From positions 2,281,047 to 2,345,046 of the forward strand of contig OZ252239.1 of NCBI GenBank assembly GCA_965249485.1: a DNA stretch of 64,000 bases, written 5' to 3'. This document shows positions 53,143 through 63,165 of the stretch, one piece after another. How positions within the stretch are numbered: the stretch's first letter is position 1; every line of letters starts with the position of its first letter. Source of the stretch: a bacterium (lineage in GTDB: Bacteria > SM23-31). A model generated the notes under the pieces. It saw only the letters and a list, made by a program, of their open reading frames with translations, made no database searches and had not been told where the DNA came from. Position numbers and translations under genes: made by a program.

Positions 53143-54969
53143 TTGAGTAATTATCATCACGATTTCTTTATACCGGTAATGGGTACGGGGCATTCGGTTG
53201 ATTCCCCGATTCGTGTTGCTCCTTTGGGAATTTCTTCCGTTATATCACTGGTGGATGATATTCTCCTGGATAAAATAAGGAAATATTACAGCGAAGAGTA
53301 TAATCTGCCTTTTTCTACAATATCTCCACAGGATGTTGACAGTAGAGCAAAACGTATAACTGCATATCTCGATTTGGTGCATGATATTGTCGATATCAAG
53401 ATTGCAGCTATCAGAAATATGCCGTTTTTCAAAAACAATGATAAAAAGAAATATTTTGATCTTTTGCCCGATACCAGTATCCTGAAGAAGGAATATAATA
53501 AGCTTATTTCTATGAAAGATGGTCACGTACGTGAAGGTCTTGCATGCGAACTGACACAGGAAATTATTCCCGGTTCAATCGATGTCAATATTATGGTCAA
53601 ACTTGACCGGACTAAACAGGTCAGGAATAATGGTTCCGTAGTAGATATGTTAAGCGACGCAAAATTGGCATTGAAAGGTTATGCAGAGAGTAAACTTAAT
53701 TCAAGCATCGTCTTTTCAGCCGGTATTAATCAGAGTTTGTTTAGTTATATGACCAAATTCAGCGACTTTTACCGCAATGAAACTGGAGAGATTAAGAAAA
53801 AGATAGTGCTTAAGGTGAGTGATTACCGCTCAGCGCTTATTCAGGGTAAATTTCTTGCACGTAAAGGGCTGGAAATCTCGGAATTCCGGATTGAGTCGGG
53901 ATTGAATTGTGGTGGTCATGCATTCCCTTCGAACGGAAATCTCCTGTCGAGTATTCTCCAGAAGTTCAAAGAGAAAAAAGACCAATTAGTTACAGAATTT
54001 CAGCAGCAGGTGCAGGTGTATTATGAAAAAATGGGTATGGAGTTTCCCGAAAACGGCCTAAAGGAAAAATCGCTCATTACTGTTCAAGGTGGAATTGGGA
54101 ACAATGGTGAAATCCGCAGACTTCTGGAGGATTTCAAATTGGACCGTACCGGCTTAGCCTCACCTTTTTTACTGGTTCCGGAAGCCACCTGTGTAGATGA
54201 TCCCACTGTTGATTTGTTAAAAAAAGCTGGAAAAGATGAGTTGTATTTGAGCAATGTGTCTCCCATAGGTGTTCCGTTTAATAACGTAAAAAATTCTGGC
54301 TCGGAATTATGGACCAAAGATAGAATAAATAAAAGTACACCTGGTTCACCCTGTCCGAAAGGATTTCTTGTTTCCAATACCGAATTCACCGATGTGCCGA
54401 TTTGTCTTGCCTCTAAAGAGTATCAAACATTGAAGTTGGATGAATTAAATAGAATGCCCGATCAAAATGGTGAGTACGAAAATCGGTTTACGAAGATCAC
54501 AGAAAAAACCTGCATATGTGATCACTTGGGCAATGGTGCATTGATAAAACTTGGGATATCAAATGGAAATAAGAGTACTCCTCCATCAATTTGTCCGGGT
54601 CCGAATATTGCATGGTTTAATAGAACGTATTCTTTGATGGAAATGGTTGATCATATATACGGAAGATGCAAATCATTGGTACCACCTGAGCGCCCCCATA
54701 TGTTTGCCAGCGAGATTGAAATGTATGTTGATCTTTTTGAACAAAAAGTAAATAGTTGCGGTACCACTCCGAAAGAGATCGAAACCCTGCATCAATTCAA
54801 AAACAATCTCGAAGAAGGAATTGATTATTGTCTCGAACTATCCAAAAAGAAAGCATTCCCCGGTGAAAATCTGGACTCAATCGCAGATACTGTTTTTCTT
54901 CAGAAAACCCGCCTCAAATCAATTTCTGCCAAATTGGAAAATATTTCAGAGGTAGAATTCGTAAATTAA
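53143..54969 (+). CDS. Conserved hypothetical protein, possibly a nitronate-monooxygenase/FabK-like FMN barrel with Cys-rich C-terminus
   Basis: IPVMG, ESGLNCGGHAF, VQGGIG, ASPFL, CPKG, CICDHL, CPGP. Confidence 0.7.
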   Translation: MSNYHHDFFIPVMGTGHSVDSPIRVAPLGISSVISLVDDILLDKIRKYYSEEYNLPFSTISPQDVDSRAKRITAYLDLVHDIVDIKIAAIRNMPFFKNNDKKKYFDLLPDTSILKKEYNKLISMKDGHVREGLACELTQEIIPGSIDVNIMVKLDRTKQVRNNGSVVDMLSDAKLALKGYAESKLNSSIVFSAGINQSLFSYMTKFSDFYRNETGEIKKKIVLKVSDYRSALIQGKFLARKGLEISEFRIESGLNCGGHAFPSNGNLLSSILQKFKEKKDQLVTEFQQQVQVYYEKMGMEFPENGLKEKSLITVQGGIGNNGEIRRLLEDFKLDRTGLASPFLLVPEATCVDDPTVDLLKKAGKDELYLSNVSPIGVPFNNVKNSGSELWTKDRINKSTPGSPCPKGFLVSNTEFTDVPICLASKEYQTLKLDELNRMPDQNGEYENRFTKITEKTCICDHLGNGALIKLGISNGNKSTPPSICPGPNIAWFNRTYSLMEMVDHIYGRCKSLVPPERPHMFASEIEMYVDLFEQKVNSCGTTPKEIETLHQFKNNLEEGIDYCLELSKKKAFPGENLDSIADTVFLQKTRLKSISAKLENISEVEFVN

Positions 54970-55127
54970 TATTCATCACATATCACGCCACAATTGACTC
55001 AATTTAGACAATTGTACAATAATCTGTACATATTAATAGTTAGTGTTCACTTTCACTATGATGGCAATTAACCATTTCACAGATTATTGAGCTGAATGAT
55101 AAGCTTGTATTGTGTCGTACGTTACAA

Positions 55128-55142
55128 TGGCACGGCGTTTGC
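55128..55142 (+). promoter_or_regulatory. Sigma54 (-24/-12) promoter
   Basis: TGGCACGGCGTTTGC matches TGGCAC-N5-TTGC. Confidence 0.7.
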
Positions 55143-55189
55143 CTTTTTACCCATTAAACACTGCGTATATATATTGAAAGGAAATCAAA

Positions 55190-55384
55190 ATGAGTGCTCA
55201 CTTTACTTCAACAAAATCTCTTTCAAAAGATCAAGTTAAGAATATAGAGTATATAAGTATCGAAGATCAGGTAGTTACAATTATATTAGTGAATAATTTC
55301 GGTGAGAGAAAAATTATTGATGTAGAAATGGCTGTTCTTAGTAATGCACTAGATTCTGATTCCATACCCTATTATCATAACTAA
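55190..55384 (+). CDS. Small hypothetical protein (64 aa)
   Basis: GAAAGGA RBS 7-8 nt before ATG; lies directly downstream of the sigma54 motif. Confidence 0.6.
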   Translation: MSAHFTSTKSLSKDQVKNIEYISIEDQVVTIILVNNFGERKIIDVEMAVLSNALDSDSIPYYHN

Positions 55385-55730
55385 CTACTATTCATGAAAT
55401 CGCCAACGTTCCACAGGTGATATTTTCTTCATTTTTCCTTACTTTTCTTGATTGCCTCAGTAATCCTAAATTTGTATAAACACCCGCACAATTCACTTCT
55501 CACCTCATCAATCATCTAAAATTGATTTTATAGATAGTTAAATTACATGTTGCATACTACTCAGATTAACACTATATTTAAGCTTCCGTAAATCCACATC
55601 ATATCATTTAATCTTCAAAATCGCACCATGGTACATTTTTGATCATCTATTTATTTGACATTTCTGACGATTAATAAAAATTATTGATCAATATAATGGT
55701 AACAAACGTAAAGTAATCGGAGGTTTGAGT

Positions 55731-56741
55731 ATGTATAAATTATTATCAGGATTTCTTATATCCTGTTTGCTTGTGATTTCGTGTTCGGGTGATACAGGAG
55801 GCATGGCTGGAAGTGAGGAAGCAAAACCCAGTACGAAGTCGATGGTAATGCAGACTATAGGTACAACAGATGTCACGGTTGAATACCACAGCCCGGCAAA
55901 ACGGGACAGAGTAATTTTTGGGGAATTAGTGCCTTATGGTGAGCCATGGAGAGCAGGAGCCAATGAAGCGACAACAATAGAATTCAGCAAGGCAGTTCGA
56001 GTACAAGGAGAACAGCTTGATGCCGGCAAATATGGATTTTGGGTCATTCCCGATGATTCCGGTGAGTGGACGCTCATATTCAGCAGTGCGAACGATGTGT
56101 GGGGAGCAACCTATCCCGAAGGACAGGATGCACTGCGTGTCACTGCACAGGCATCGCAGCGTGAGCCGAGAGAACGCCTCGAGTATTATTTTTCTAGAGC
56201 CGCTGAACAGGAAGGCGTTTTGTTGCTGACATGGGATACAATCAGGCTACCGATTGCCATCGAAACATTGGAAAACGATGAGGAAGTGATGCCCAGTCTT
56301 AAAGCGGCAGTCATGAATACCATTATGACAACAGAGGTTACCGTTCATTATCATAGACCTGCTGTACGTGGCAGAACAATTTTCGGAGAACTCGTCCCGT
56401 TCGACGAAGTATGGCGGACAGGCGCCAATAATGCAACAACCATTGAATTCAGTAAAGATGTAACGCTGAATGGACAACCACTTGCTGCGGGAAAATATGG
56501 TTTCTGGCTTATTCCGATAGAAGAAGGGCCAGCAACGCTTATCTTCAGCAGTGATGCAGACGTACCGGGAACACCGTATCCGGAAGGAAATGATGTGCTC
56601 CGTATCGATGTCGAGCCTGTTACTGGGGAGGAAACAGAAGAACTCCTCGAATATGTATTCCCGGGGACAACTACCAATACCGGACAGCTGCACTTAGTAT
56701 GGGATACATGGAGATTTCCGATGACCATTACAGTGCAGTAA
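55731..56741 (+). CDS. Lipoprotein with two tandem DUF2911 domains
   Basis: Lipobox-like LVISC; duplicated YHxPAxRxRxIFGELVP...WRxGANxATTIEFSK...AGKYGFW. Confidence 0.85.
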   Translation: MYKLLSGFLISCLLVISCSGDTGGMAGSEEAKPSTKSMVMQTIGTTDVTVEYHSPAKRDRVIFGELVPYGEPWRAGANEATTIEFSKAVRVQGEQLDAGKYGFWVIPDDSGEWTLIFSSANDVWGATYPEGQDALRVTAQASQREPRERLEYYFSRAAEQEGVLLLTWDTIRLPIAIETLENDEEVMPSLKAAVMNTIMTTEVTVHYHRPAVRGRTIFGELVPFDEVWRTGANNATTIEFSKDVTLNGQPLAAGKYGFWLIPIEEGPATLIFSSDADVPGTPYPEGNDVLRIDVEPVTGEETEELLEYVFPGTTTNTGQLHLVWDTWRFPMTITVQ

Positions 56742-56841
56742 TGGTGTCAAGTTTACAGGGATTCTATAGTATAATATCCGAAGATAAATGTATTATAACT
56801 GAGATACGACAGGAAGAGACCAACGAGCAGTGAGAAGATTG

Positions 56842-57741
56842 ATGGCGAATTTTAGTGTGAACGTTCTTTTGGTTACTATATGTTTTATACTCATTGTTGC
56901 ATGTAGTACTGAAATGACTTCGGAAACCGGTGTGAACAGTGGTTCAAGAATCGCATTCCATTCGGAACGGTCGGGAAATCTTGATATTTACACGATCAAT
57001 ATCGATGGGACAGATTTGCGGCAGCTCACCGATCATCCCACGGAAGATTCATATCCGTCATATTCACCCGATGGGACTCGATTAGTATTTGAGTCGGATC
57101 GTGACGGGGACTTCGAGATCTATCTCATGAATCTTGACGGAACATCAGTAGTTCAATTGACCGATAATGATGATGGTGAATTTTCCGCAACATGGTCACC
57201 GGACGGATCAAAGATCGCATTTATCTCCTTCCGTGACGGTGAATCAGGAGAAATTTACGAGATGAATACAGACGGTTCCAATCAGACACGACTCACTTTC
57301 AATGATTATGCGGATGAAGCACCTCATTACTCACCTGACGGTACGATGATTGTTTCCGAATCCGGATTTGACACACCCTCTGCACGGAATAGGCAGATAT
57401 GGACGATGAGTGCTGATGGATCGAATCTTGTTCAACTTACGGAAAATGACGGGTACAACGGTTATCCTGTGTTCTCTTCGGATGGAAACTTTATCACGTT
57501 CGATTCAGATTTTGAGGGAGAATCCAAAGTCTATATAATGGGTAAAGATGGGTCTAATCTTCACGCTCTGCGACCGGGTATTTCCGGCCCATGGTCGCCG
57601 GATGGCAGTAAAATTGCATATAATGGCCGGTCGCCTGACGGACAAAGAGGTATATTCATGATGAATCCGGATGGTACTGATCCTCAATTGCTTCCAAATA
57701 CGGACGCCGGGGACGGCGCTCCATCATGGTCACCTTTTTAG
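56842..57741 (+). CDS. TolB-like PD40/WD40 beta-propeller lipoprotein
   Basis: LIVAC lipobox; repeated PSYSPDG/WSPDG and IYxMNxDG. Confidence 0.88.
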   Translation: MANFSVNVLLVTICFILIVACSTEMTSETGVNSGSRIAFHSERSGNLDIYTINIDGTDLRQLTDHPTEDSYPSYSPDGTRLVFESDRDGDFEIYLMNLDGTSVVQLTDNDDGEFSATWSPDGSKIAFISFRDGESGEIYEMNTDGSNQTRLTFNDYADEAPHYSPDGTMIVSESGFDTPSARNRQIWTMSADGSNLVQLTENDGYNGYPVFSSDGNFITFDSDFEGESKVYIMGKDGSNLHALRPGISGPWSPDGSKIAYNGRSPDGQRGIFMMNPDGTDPQLLPNTDAGDGAPSWSPF

Positions 57742-57766
57742 GACTTCATTAAAACAATTATTTATG

Positions 57767-57796
57767 AAAAGGCGGCACATGAGTGCCGCCTTTTTT
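57767..57796. terminator. Intrinsic terminator
   Basis: AAAAGGCGGCAC-ATGA-GTGCCGCC-T6. Confidence 0.88.
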
Positions 57797-57908
57797 ATTG
57801 TCATTGATTGCTCTTGTGAGAAAAAATTGTTACATTAATAAAGTACAATTTCAATTTGGAATTCTATAAAAGTAAGTTGATAGAGAGTTGCAGATTTTTT
57901 GAGACATA

Positions 57909-59711
57909 ATGAGAAAAGAATCGATTAGAAATATAGCTATTATCGCACACGTTGATCATGGTAAGACCACACTGGTTGATGGAATGTTAAAGCAAAGCGG
58001 TATATACAGAGAGAATCAAGAGGTTGAAGAGCGGGTGATGGATTCCATGGACCTTGAAAAAGAGCGGGGAATAACCATTACCGCAAAAAACACTGCGGTG
58101 ATGTATAACAATGTAAAAATAAATATTGTTGACACACCGGGGCATGCTGACTTCGGGGGAGAAGTTGAACGCAGCCTCAACATGATTGACGGGGCACTGC
58201 TTCTGGTAGATGCAGCTGAGGGTCCTCTGCCGCAAACCCGGTTTGTTGTGAAAAAAGCGCTTGAAAAAAAGCTCCCATTAATTCTGGTAATAAACAAAAT
58301 AGACAGGAAAGATGCCCGGATTGGCGAGGTATTGGATGAGACATATGAACTTTTTATCGATGTGGATGCGGATGATGACCAGATAGATTTTCCTGTCATT
58401 TACACGAATGCGAAACTGGGTATTGCGCATAACGATCCCGGCGATGACAGTAAAAATCTGCAGCCTTTATTTGATATGATTCTTAAAAAAGTCCCTGGAC
58501 CGCTTGCTGATGAAAATAAAACACCGCAGTTTCTCGTAACCAGTCTTGATTATGATCCGTATGTAGGTCAGATTTCAATCGGCAGGCTGGAAAATGGTAT
58601 TCTTGAAATGAACAAACAATACAGCCTCTGTGGTGAACATGAAACTAAAAATGCTTTAAAATTTTCCGCATTGTATGCCTATGAAGGACTCTCAAAAAAA
58701 CAGGTAGATACCGTTTACGCAGGGGATATAATCGCTGTTGCCGGAGTTGAAAATGTGAAAATCGGAGACACGATCTCATCAGATGAGAATCCGCAGCCAC
58801 TCACACGGTTTATCATAGATGAACCTACCGTTTCCATGCTGTTTTATGTCAACAGCAGCCCGTTTGCGGGGAAAGAAGGTAAATATCTGACTTCAAGGCA
58901 CATATTAGATCGACTGGAAAAAGAGACGTTGCGAAATGTTTCAATAAAGATTAAAAAAACCGATCGTGCCAATGCATTCGAAGTGTGCGGTAGGGGTGAG
59001 TTGCAAATGGCTGTCCTGATTGAAACAATGCGGCGGGAAGGCTATGAACTCATGGTGTCGAAGCCGAAAGTGATCTTGAAAGAGCAGGATGGAAAAACGC
59101 TTGAACCCGTTGAACGGGTTTTTCTTGATGTCCCGGAAGAATATATCGGTGTCATAACGGAAAAATTGTCACCGCGCAAAGGTAAAATGACCCTTCTTGA
59201 AAACAGAGGAAACGGTCGTGTCGATCTTGAATTTGTTATACCGACACGGGGATTAATCGGATTTGCGAGCCAGTTCTTAACAGATACGAAAGGCTCCGGA
59301 ATCATGAACACTCTTTTCGAAGGGTACCAAAATTGGTTTGGTCCTATTCCACAACGATCCAAGGGTGCTCTCGTTGCCGATAGAAAAGGCGTGTCGAATA
59401 CTTATGCAAGCCACAATATGGTCGACTGGGGAGTTTTATTTATTGAAGTCGGAACGAAAGTATACGACGGAATGGTAATCGGTGAACGAAACCGCAGCGG
59501 TGATCTACATGTAAATATTACCAAAGAGAAAAAACTGACGAATATGCGCGCTGCGTCCGCTGATGCAACTGTTATACTCAGACCTCCCCGACCGATGTCG
59601 CTTGACCAGAATATCGAATTTATTGCCGAGGATGAGTTGGTAGAAATCACACCGAAATCTATACGTATATTGAAAATGAAGCTTGAGTCAGACAAACGCG
59701 GTGGTGAGTGA
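57909..59711 (+). CDS. typA: Ribosome-associated GTPase TypA/BipA
   Basis: IRNIAIIAHVDHGKTT, DTPGHADFGGEVER, GRGELQ, KKLTNMRA. Confidence 0.97.
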   Translation: MRKESIRNIAIIAHVDHGKTTLVDGMLKQSGIYRENQEVEERVMDSMDLEKERGITITAKNTAVMYNNVKINIVDTPGHADFGGEVERSLNMIDGALLLVDAAEGPLPQTRFVVKKALEKKLPLILVINKIDRKDARIGEVLDETYELFIDVDADDDQIDFPVIYTNAKLGIAHNDPGDDSKNLQPLFDMILKKVPGPLADENKTPQFLVTSLDYDPYVGQISIGRLENGILEMNKQYSLCGEHETKNALKFSALYAYEGLSKKQVDTVYAGDIIAVAGVENVKIGDTISSDENPQPLTRFIIDEPTVSMLFYVNSSPFAGKEGKYLTSRHILDRLEKETLRNVSIKIKKTDRANAFEVCGRGELQMAVLIETMRREGYELMVSKPKVILKEQDGKTLEPVERVFLDVPEEYIGVITEKLSPRKGKMTLLENRGNGRVDLEFVIPTRGLIGFASQFLTDTKGSGIMNTLFEGYQNWFGPIPQRSKGALVADRKGVSNTYASHNMVDWGVLFIEVGTKVYDGMVIGERNRSGDLHVNITKEKKLTNMRAASADATVILRPPRPMSLDQNIEFIAEDELVEITPKSIRILKMKLESDKRGGE

Positions 59712-59855
59712 TGCTGTTTTATTATTTGCCAAAACCTTAAAAATTAAATTGAGTACATTCAACTTACTGGAATAAAAAGTTGGATTTAAGATTTGGTGCG
59801 ATCATTTTAAGCAACTATTTGTATTTGACATTAGATATCATCTCGCACAAAAAGC

Positions 59856-60506
59856 TTACGGTCCAATTATGATGATTACCTTCCCCGGGCCATGAACACC
59901 CTGTACTTTTATCATTTCTATATCTGCTGTTGCACTTTGACCGGTAGCAATTACGCTGTAATGGGTGCTGGTAAATTCTTTGCGATATTGTGTGAAAAAA
60001 TCTCCAAGACCATAGAGAATCTTCGAAGGCTGGGCAAGTGCAATATGAACTGGAGGAAGCAGCGATAATGCCCGGTGCTTCCCTTTCTGCTGCAGCAGAA
60101 TGAGCGAACCGGTTTCCGCAAGTGCATACTCACAGCCTGTCAGACCGATTTCTGCTTTTTCCTGGTGTACAATATCATCATGTTCGTAGGTAGTTTTATC
60201 GGACTCAAGTATACTTCCTGCATCGTAGGGAAGCAAATCCCTATCCCAACTCAAAACTGTCTTACCATCAATGAACGATTTGAGCTTCTCTCTGACGGAC
60301 TCGGAGGATTTTTCGATAAATACGTCGCAGTTTAAGAGTCGGAGCTCAGTGCAAAACCGCCCAACTAAATCATTTTGATCGAGATTTTCCGACCGAGGTT
60401 TTGTCGGTAAAGAAGGTTCCGCATCCGGCAGTTTACCCGTTCGTTTTGCCTGGGCAATCTTTGAAAATATAATAAGCCGTGCTTCTTGTGATGTAGTATC
60501 AGTCAT
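59856..60506 (-). CDS. lutC: Lactate utilisation protein C (LUD domain)
   Basis: ALAETGSL, RALSLLPPVH, SATADIE...GVHGP; ATG overlaps the lutB stop. Confidence 0.88.
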   Translation of the reverse strand: MTDTTSQEARLIIFSKIAQAKRTGKLPDAEPSLPTKPRSENLDQNDLVGRFCTELRLLNCDVFIEKSSESVREKLKSFIDGKTVLSWDRDLLPYDAGSILESDKTTYEHDDIVHQEKAEIGLTGCEYALAETGSLILLQQKGKHRALSLLPPVHIALAQPSKILYGLGDFFTQYRKEFTSTHYSVIATGQSATADIEMIKVQGVHGPGKVIIIIGP

Positions 60507-61902
60507 TGTTTTTTTTAATATAGTCGTTCCACTGCTCCCGAAATGACTGATGAGCAGGCAATCTGAAATCACGTGCTTCTGTCCAACCCGATAAAAATCC
60601 GGGCAATGATCGCATCCAGCCTTTTTTAGCGAATGGTTTGAGTATAAATTTGCCAAAATTGACGGCAAATTTATATACGTGGGGGTGTTGTGTAACAAAT
60701 CCAAATGTTTTCATTGCCACTGTAATACTAAGCGGTGTAGTTTCCTGCTCTACTGTTTTTTTCCGTAAACTGAGCAGCATAGCAGGAATATTAAGACGTA
60801 CGGGGCATACCTCTTTACATGCACCGCATAATGAGCTTGCATGAGGAAGGTCTTTCCACTCAGATAATCCTCTCAGTCCCGGTGTGGTTATAGATCCGAC
60901 CGGACCGACATAAGTATCACCGTAAGCGTGACCACTGATAAACCGGTAAACAGGACAAACATTTTGACATGCACCGCATCTGATACAGCCGAGAATTTCA
61001 GATTCTGTACTTCCGAGAATATCACTCCTGCCGTTATCGAGCAGGACAACATGAACTTCCTCGGGGCCGGTAACGCCTTCATAGCTGCGCGGTCCATTAA
61101 TTAATGTTGTATACACCGTTATTTTTTGTGATGTTGTGCTTCGTGCAAGAATCTTCAGGCAATTGTCAAGATCCTGCAGCGTTGGAACCAGTTTCTCGAT
61201 TCCCATAACAGCTACATGCACTTTCGGCAGCGACGTTACCATGCTGCCGTTTCCTTCGTTCGTGACAATACAGAGTGTGCCCGATTCCGCAACACCGAAA
61301 TTGACACCCGAAATTCCCATGTCCGCTTCGAGAAAGTCCTTCCGGAGAATTTTACGGGCATAACCGGTAAGCTCTTCAGCATCTGTCGTCAGAGGGATAT
61401 CGAGTTCCCGGTGCATGATATCAGCAACTTCCTTACGGGATAAGTGGATAATTGGACCGGTCATATGCGACGGCCGGTCATTCGAAAGCTGAACAATGTA
61501 TTCGCCGAGATCGGTTTCGACAACCTTCAGTCCATTATTAATCAATGATTCATTGAGAAAAATCTCTTCGGTAACCATCGACTTGGATTTGACGATCTTT
61601 TTAACGTCATGTTTTCGAGCAATTGCATTGACAATATCACATGCTTCAGTACCGTTTTCTGCCCAGTGTACATGAACACCATTTTTGATAAGCTGTTGTT
61701 CGAATTGTTCAAGATACCCGTCCAGATTCCTGAGAACCTCCATTTTTGCATTTCGTGCAAGATCGCGGTAGGTATCTGAGTGCTCAAAATCAGACAATGC
61801 ACCTTTTGCCCGTCGAATCAATCCGTCGGTAGCTTTCTGCACTGTATTGACCAGATCCTGATTATGGATCGATTTTTCTGTGCGTTCGTGAAATGTCGTC
61901 AT
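60499..61902 (-). CDS. lutB: Lactate utilisation protein B (Fe-S)
   Basis: VKSKSM, ETDLGE, TNEGN, CIRCGACQNVCP, SSLCGACKEVCP. Confidence 0.93.
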   Translation of the reverse strand: MTTFHERTEKSIHNQDLVNTVQKATDGLIRRAKGALSDFEHSDTYRDLARNAKMEVLRNLDGYLEQFEQQLIKNGVHVHWAENGTEACDIVNAIARKHDVKKIVKSKSMVTEEIFLNESLINNGLKVVETDLGEYIVQLSNDRPSHMTGPIIHLSRKEVADIMHRELDIPLTTDAEELTGYARKILRKDFLEADMGISGVNFGVAESGTLCIVTNEGNGSMVTSLPKVHVAVMGIEKLVPTLQDLDNCLKILARSTTSQKITVYTTLINGPRSYEGVTGPEEVHVVLLDNGRSDILGSTESEILGCIRCGACQNVCPVYRFISGHAYGDTYVGPVGSITTPGLRGLSEWKDLPHASSLCGACKEVCPVRLNIPAMLLSLRKKTVEQETTPLSITVAMKTFGFVTQHPHVYKFAVNFGKFILKPFAKKGWMRSLPGFLSGWTEARDFRLPAHQSFREQWNDYIKKNND

Positions 61903-62645
61903 TTCGGTAATCCTGCTGATAATATCTGCGCAACATGGCGAACCTGCAGGGAATGCTCCTGCCTGTGTATTCCCCCTTCAAGATGCATTAAACATCCCAT
62001 ATCACAACTCACTATCATTTCTGCACCGGAACTACGTATGTTTTTGAGTTTTTTGTTGAGCATTGATCCCGAAATGCCAGGATTCTTTGCGGCAAAACTC
62101 CCGCCGAACCCGCAACATTCCTCATGCTCGTCGAATTCAACGATTTCGAGACCATTTACCTTCTCAAGCAGTGCCATAGGCTGTTTCTTTATTCCCATTC
62201 CTCTCAATAAATGACAGGATGGATGGTATGCAATCCGCGCCGTGAGCTGAGCCCCAAAATCGGTAATAACCAGTTCATCAACCATAAATTGTGTGAACTC
62301 AAAGCACCTCTTGGTAACGGATGTTATGATACTCAAATAGTGCGGATCGTCCTGAAACAAAAGCTTATAATGATGCGTGATCATATCGCCGCACGATCCT
62401 GAAGGTATAATGATTGGTTCGTCCGTATTGTTGAGCATATCCAGCGTGTATCGTGCAGCTTTTTTTGTTTCATTGTGAAATCCTGCGTTAAACATCGGCT
62501 GACCGCAGCACGTCTGCTGTGAAGGGACACCAACATCGATACCGAGATGATGAAAAATATGAGCTACTGACATACCAACATCGGGAAAGAAATCATTGAC
62601 AAGACAGGTATGGAAAAGTTGTATTTTAGGGGGTAGCGTGGTCAT
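61899..62645 (-). CDS. lutA: Lactate utilisation protein A (CCG domains)
   Basis: TCCGQP, PSGSC, YHPSCH, ECCGFGGSF, DMGCLMH. Confidence 0.92.
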   Translation of the reverse strand: MTTLPPKIQLFHTCLVNDFFPDVGMSVAHIFHHLGIDVGVPSQQTCCGQPMFNAGFHNETKKAARYTLDMLNNTDEPIIIPSGSCGDMITHHYKLLFQDDPHYLSIITSVTKRCFEFTQFMVDELVITDFGAQLTARIAYHPSCHLLRGMGIKKQPMALLEKVNGLEIVEFDEHEECCGFGGSFAAKNPGISGSMLNKKLKNIRSSGAEMIVSCDMGCLMHLEGGIHRQEHSLQVRHVAQILSAGLPK

Positions 62646-62759
62646 AGTATTGTTCTTCGCGTTTTTATTTAATTCCTGATACATAAATTTCAAAAATAAA
62701 AGATATGATCAATTGCGGAAATACTGTAGTGTTACCTATGAAGTCAGTCGAATTATTAA

Positions 62760-62780
62760 TTGATTATTGTACATAATCAA
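62760..62780. promoter_or_regulatory. Inverted repeat, candidate operator upstream of lutA
   Basis: TTGATTAT-TGTAC-ATAATCAA; the core TTATTGTACATAA recurs at 62897-62909. Confidence 0.5.
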
Positions 62781-62928
62781 GTGATAAAAATCAATTGTTT
62801 TTGTGTGTTACTTTAAAAAGGACCACTGGTACGATCAGCAATAATTTCTGTACCGATATTAACATTATTTATTGCAATTATAACTACAATGTATTTTTAT
62901 TGTACATAAATAAATAATTATTGCAAAA

Positions 62929-62971
62929 TGTGACGTGCATCACAGCATTTTATGAAAAGAAGTTGTATATT
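62929..62971 (+). promoter_or_regulatory. CRP-type site and -10 element with class II activator geometry
   Basis: TGTGA-CGTGCA-TCACA at 62929-62944; TATATT at 62966-62971 places the site centre near -41.5. Confidence 0.6.
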
Positions 62972-63165
62972 GCTACGGTCGTGTAGTATTTTGTCGACAT
63001 AATAACAAGATTTGTTTGAATCGCCACTAATCATGATCTTAGATATAGATGTATTATTTTAGTTCGGTCGGGTAAGCTGACGGATCCGAGATTCCTTCCG
63101 ATTTTACGGGCTTTTTAAAGGATTATTGCAACTAAGTGAATTCCGCGCACATATAGTGAGTTCTG

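Noticed and set aside
56950-57735. Recurring TGGTCACC/CCTGACGG-like DNA repeats
   Set aside because: Explained by PD40 protein repeats; not CRISPR or a non-coding array
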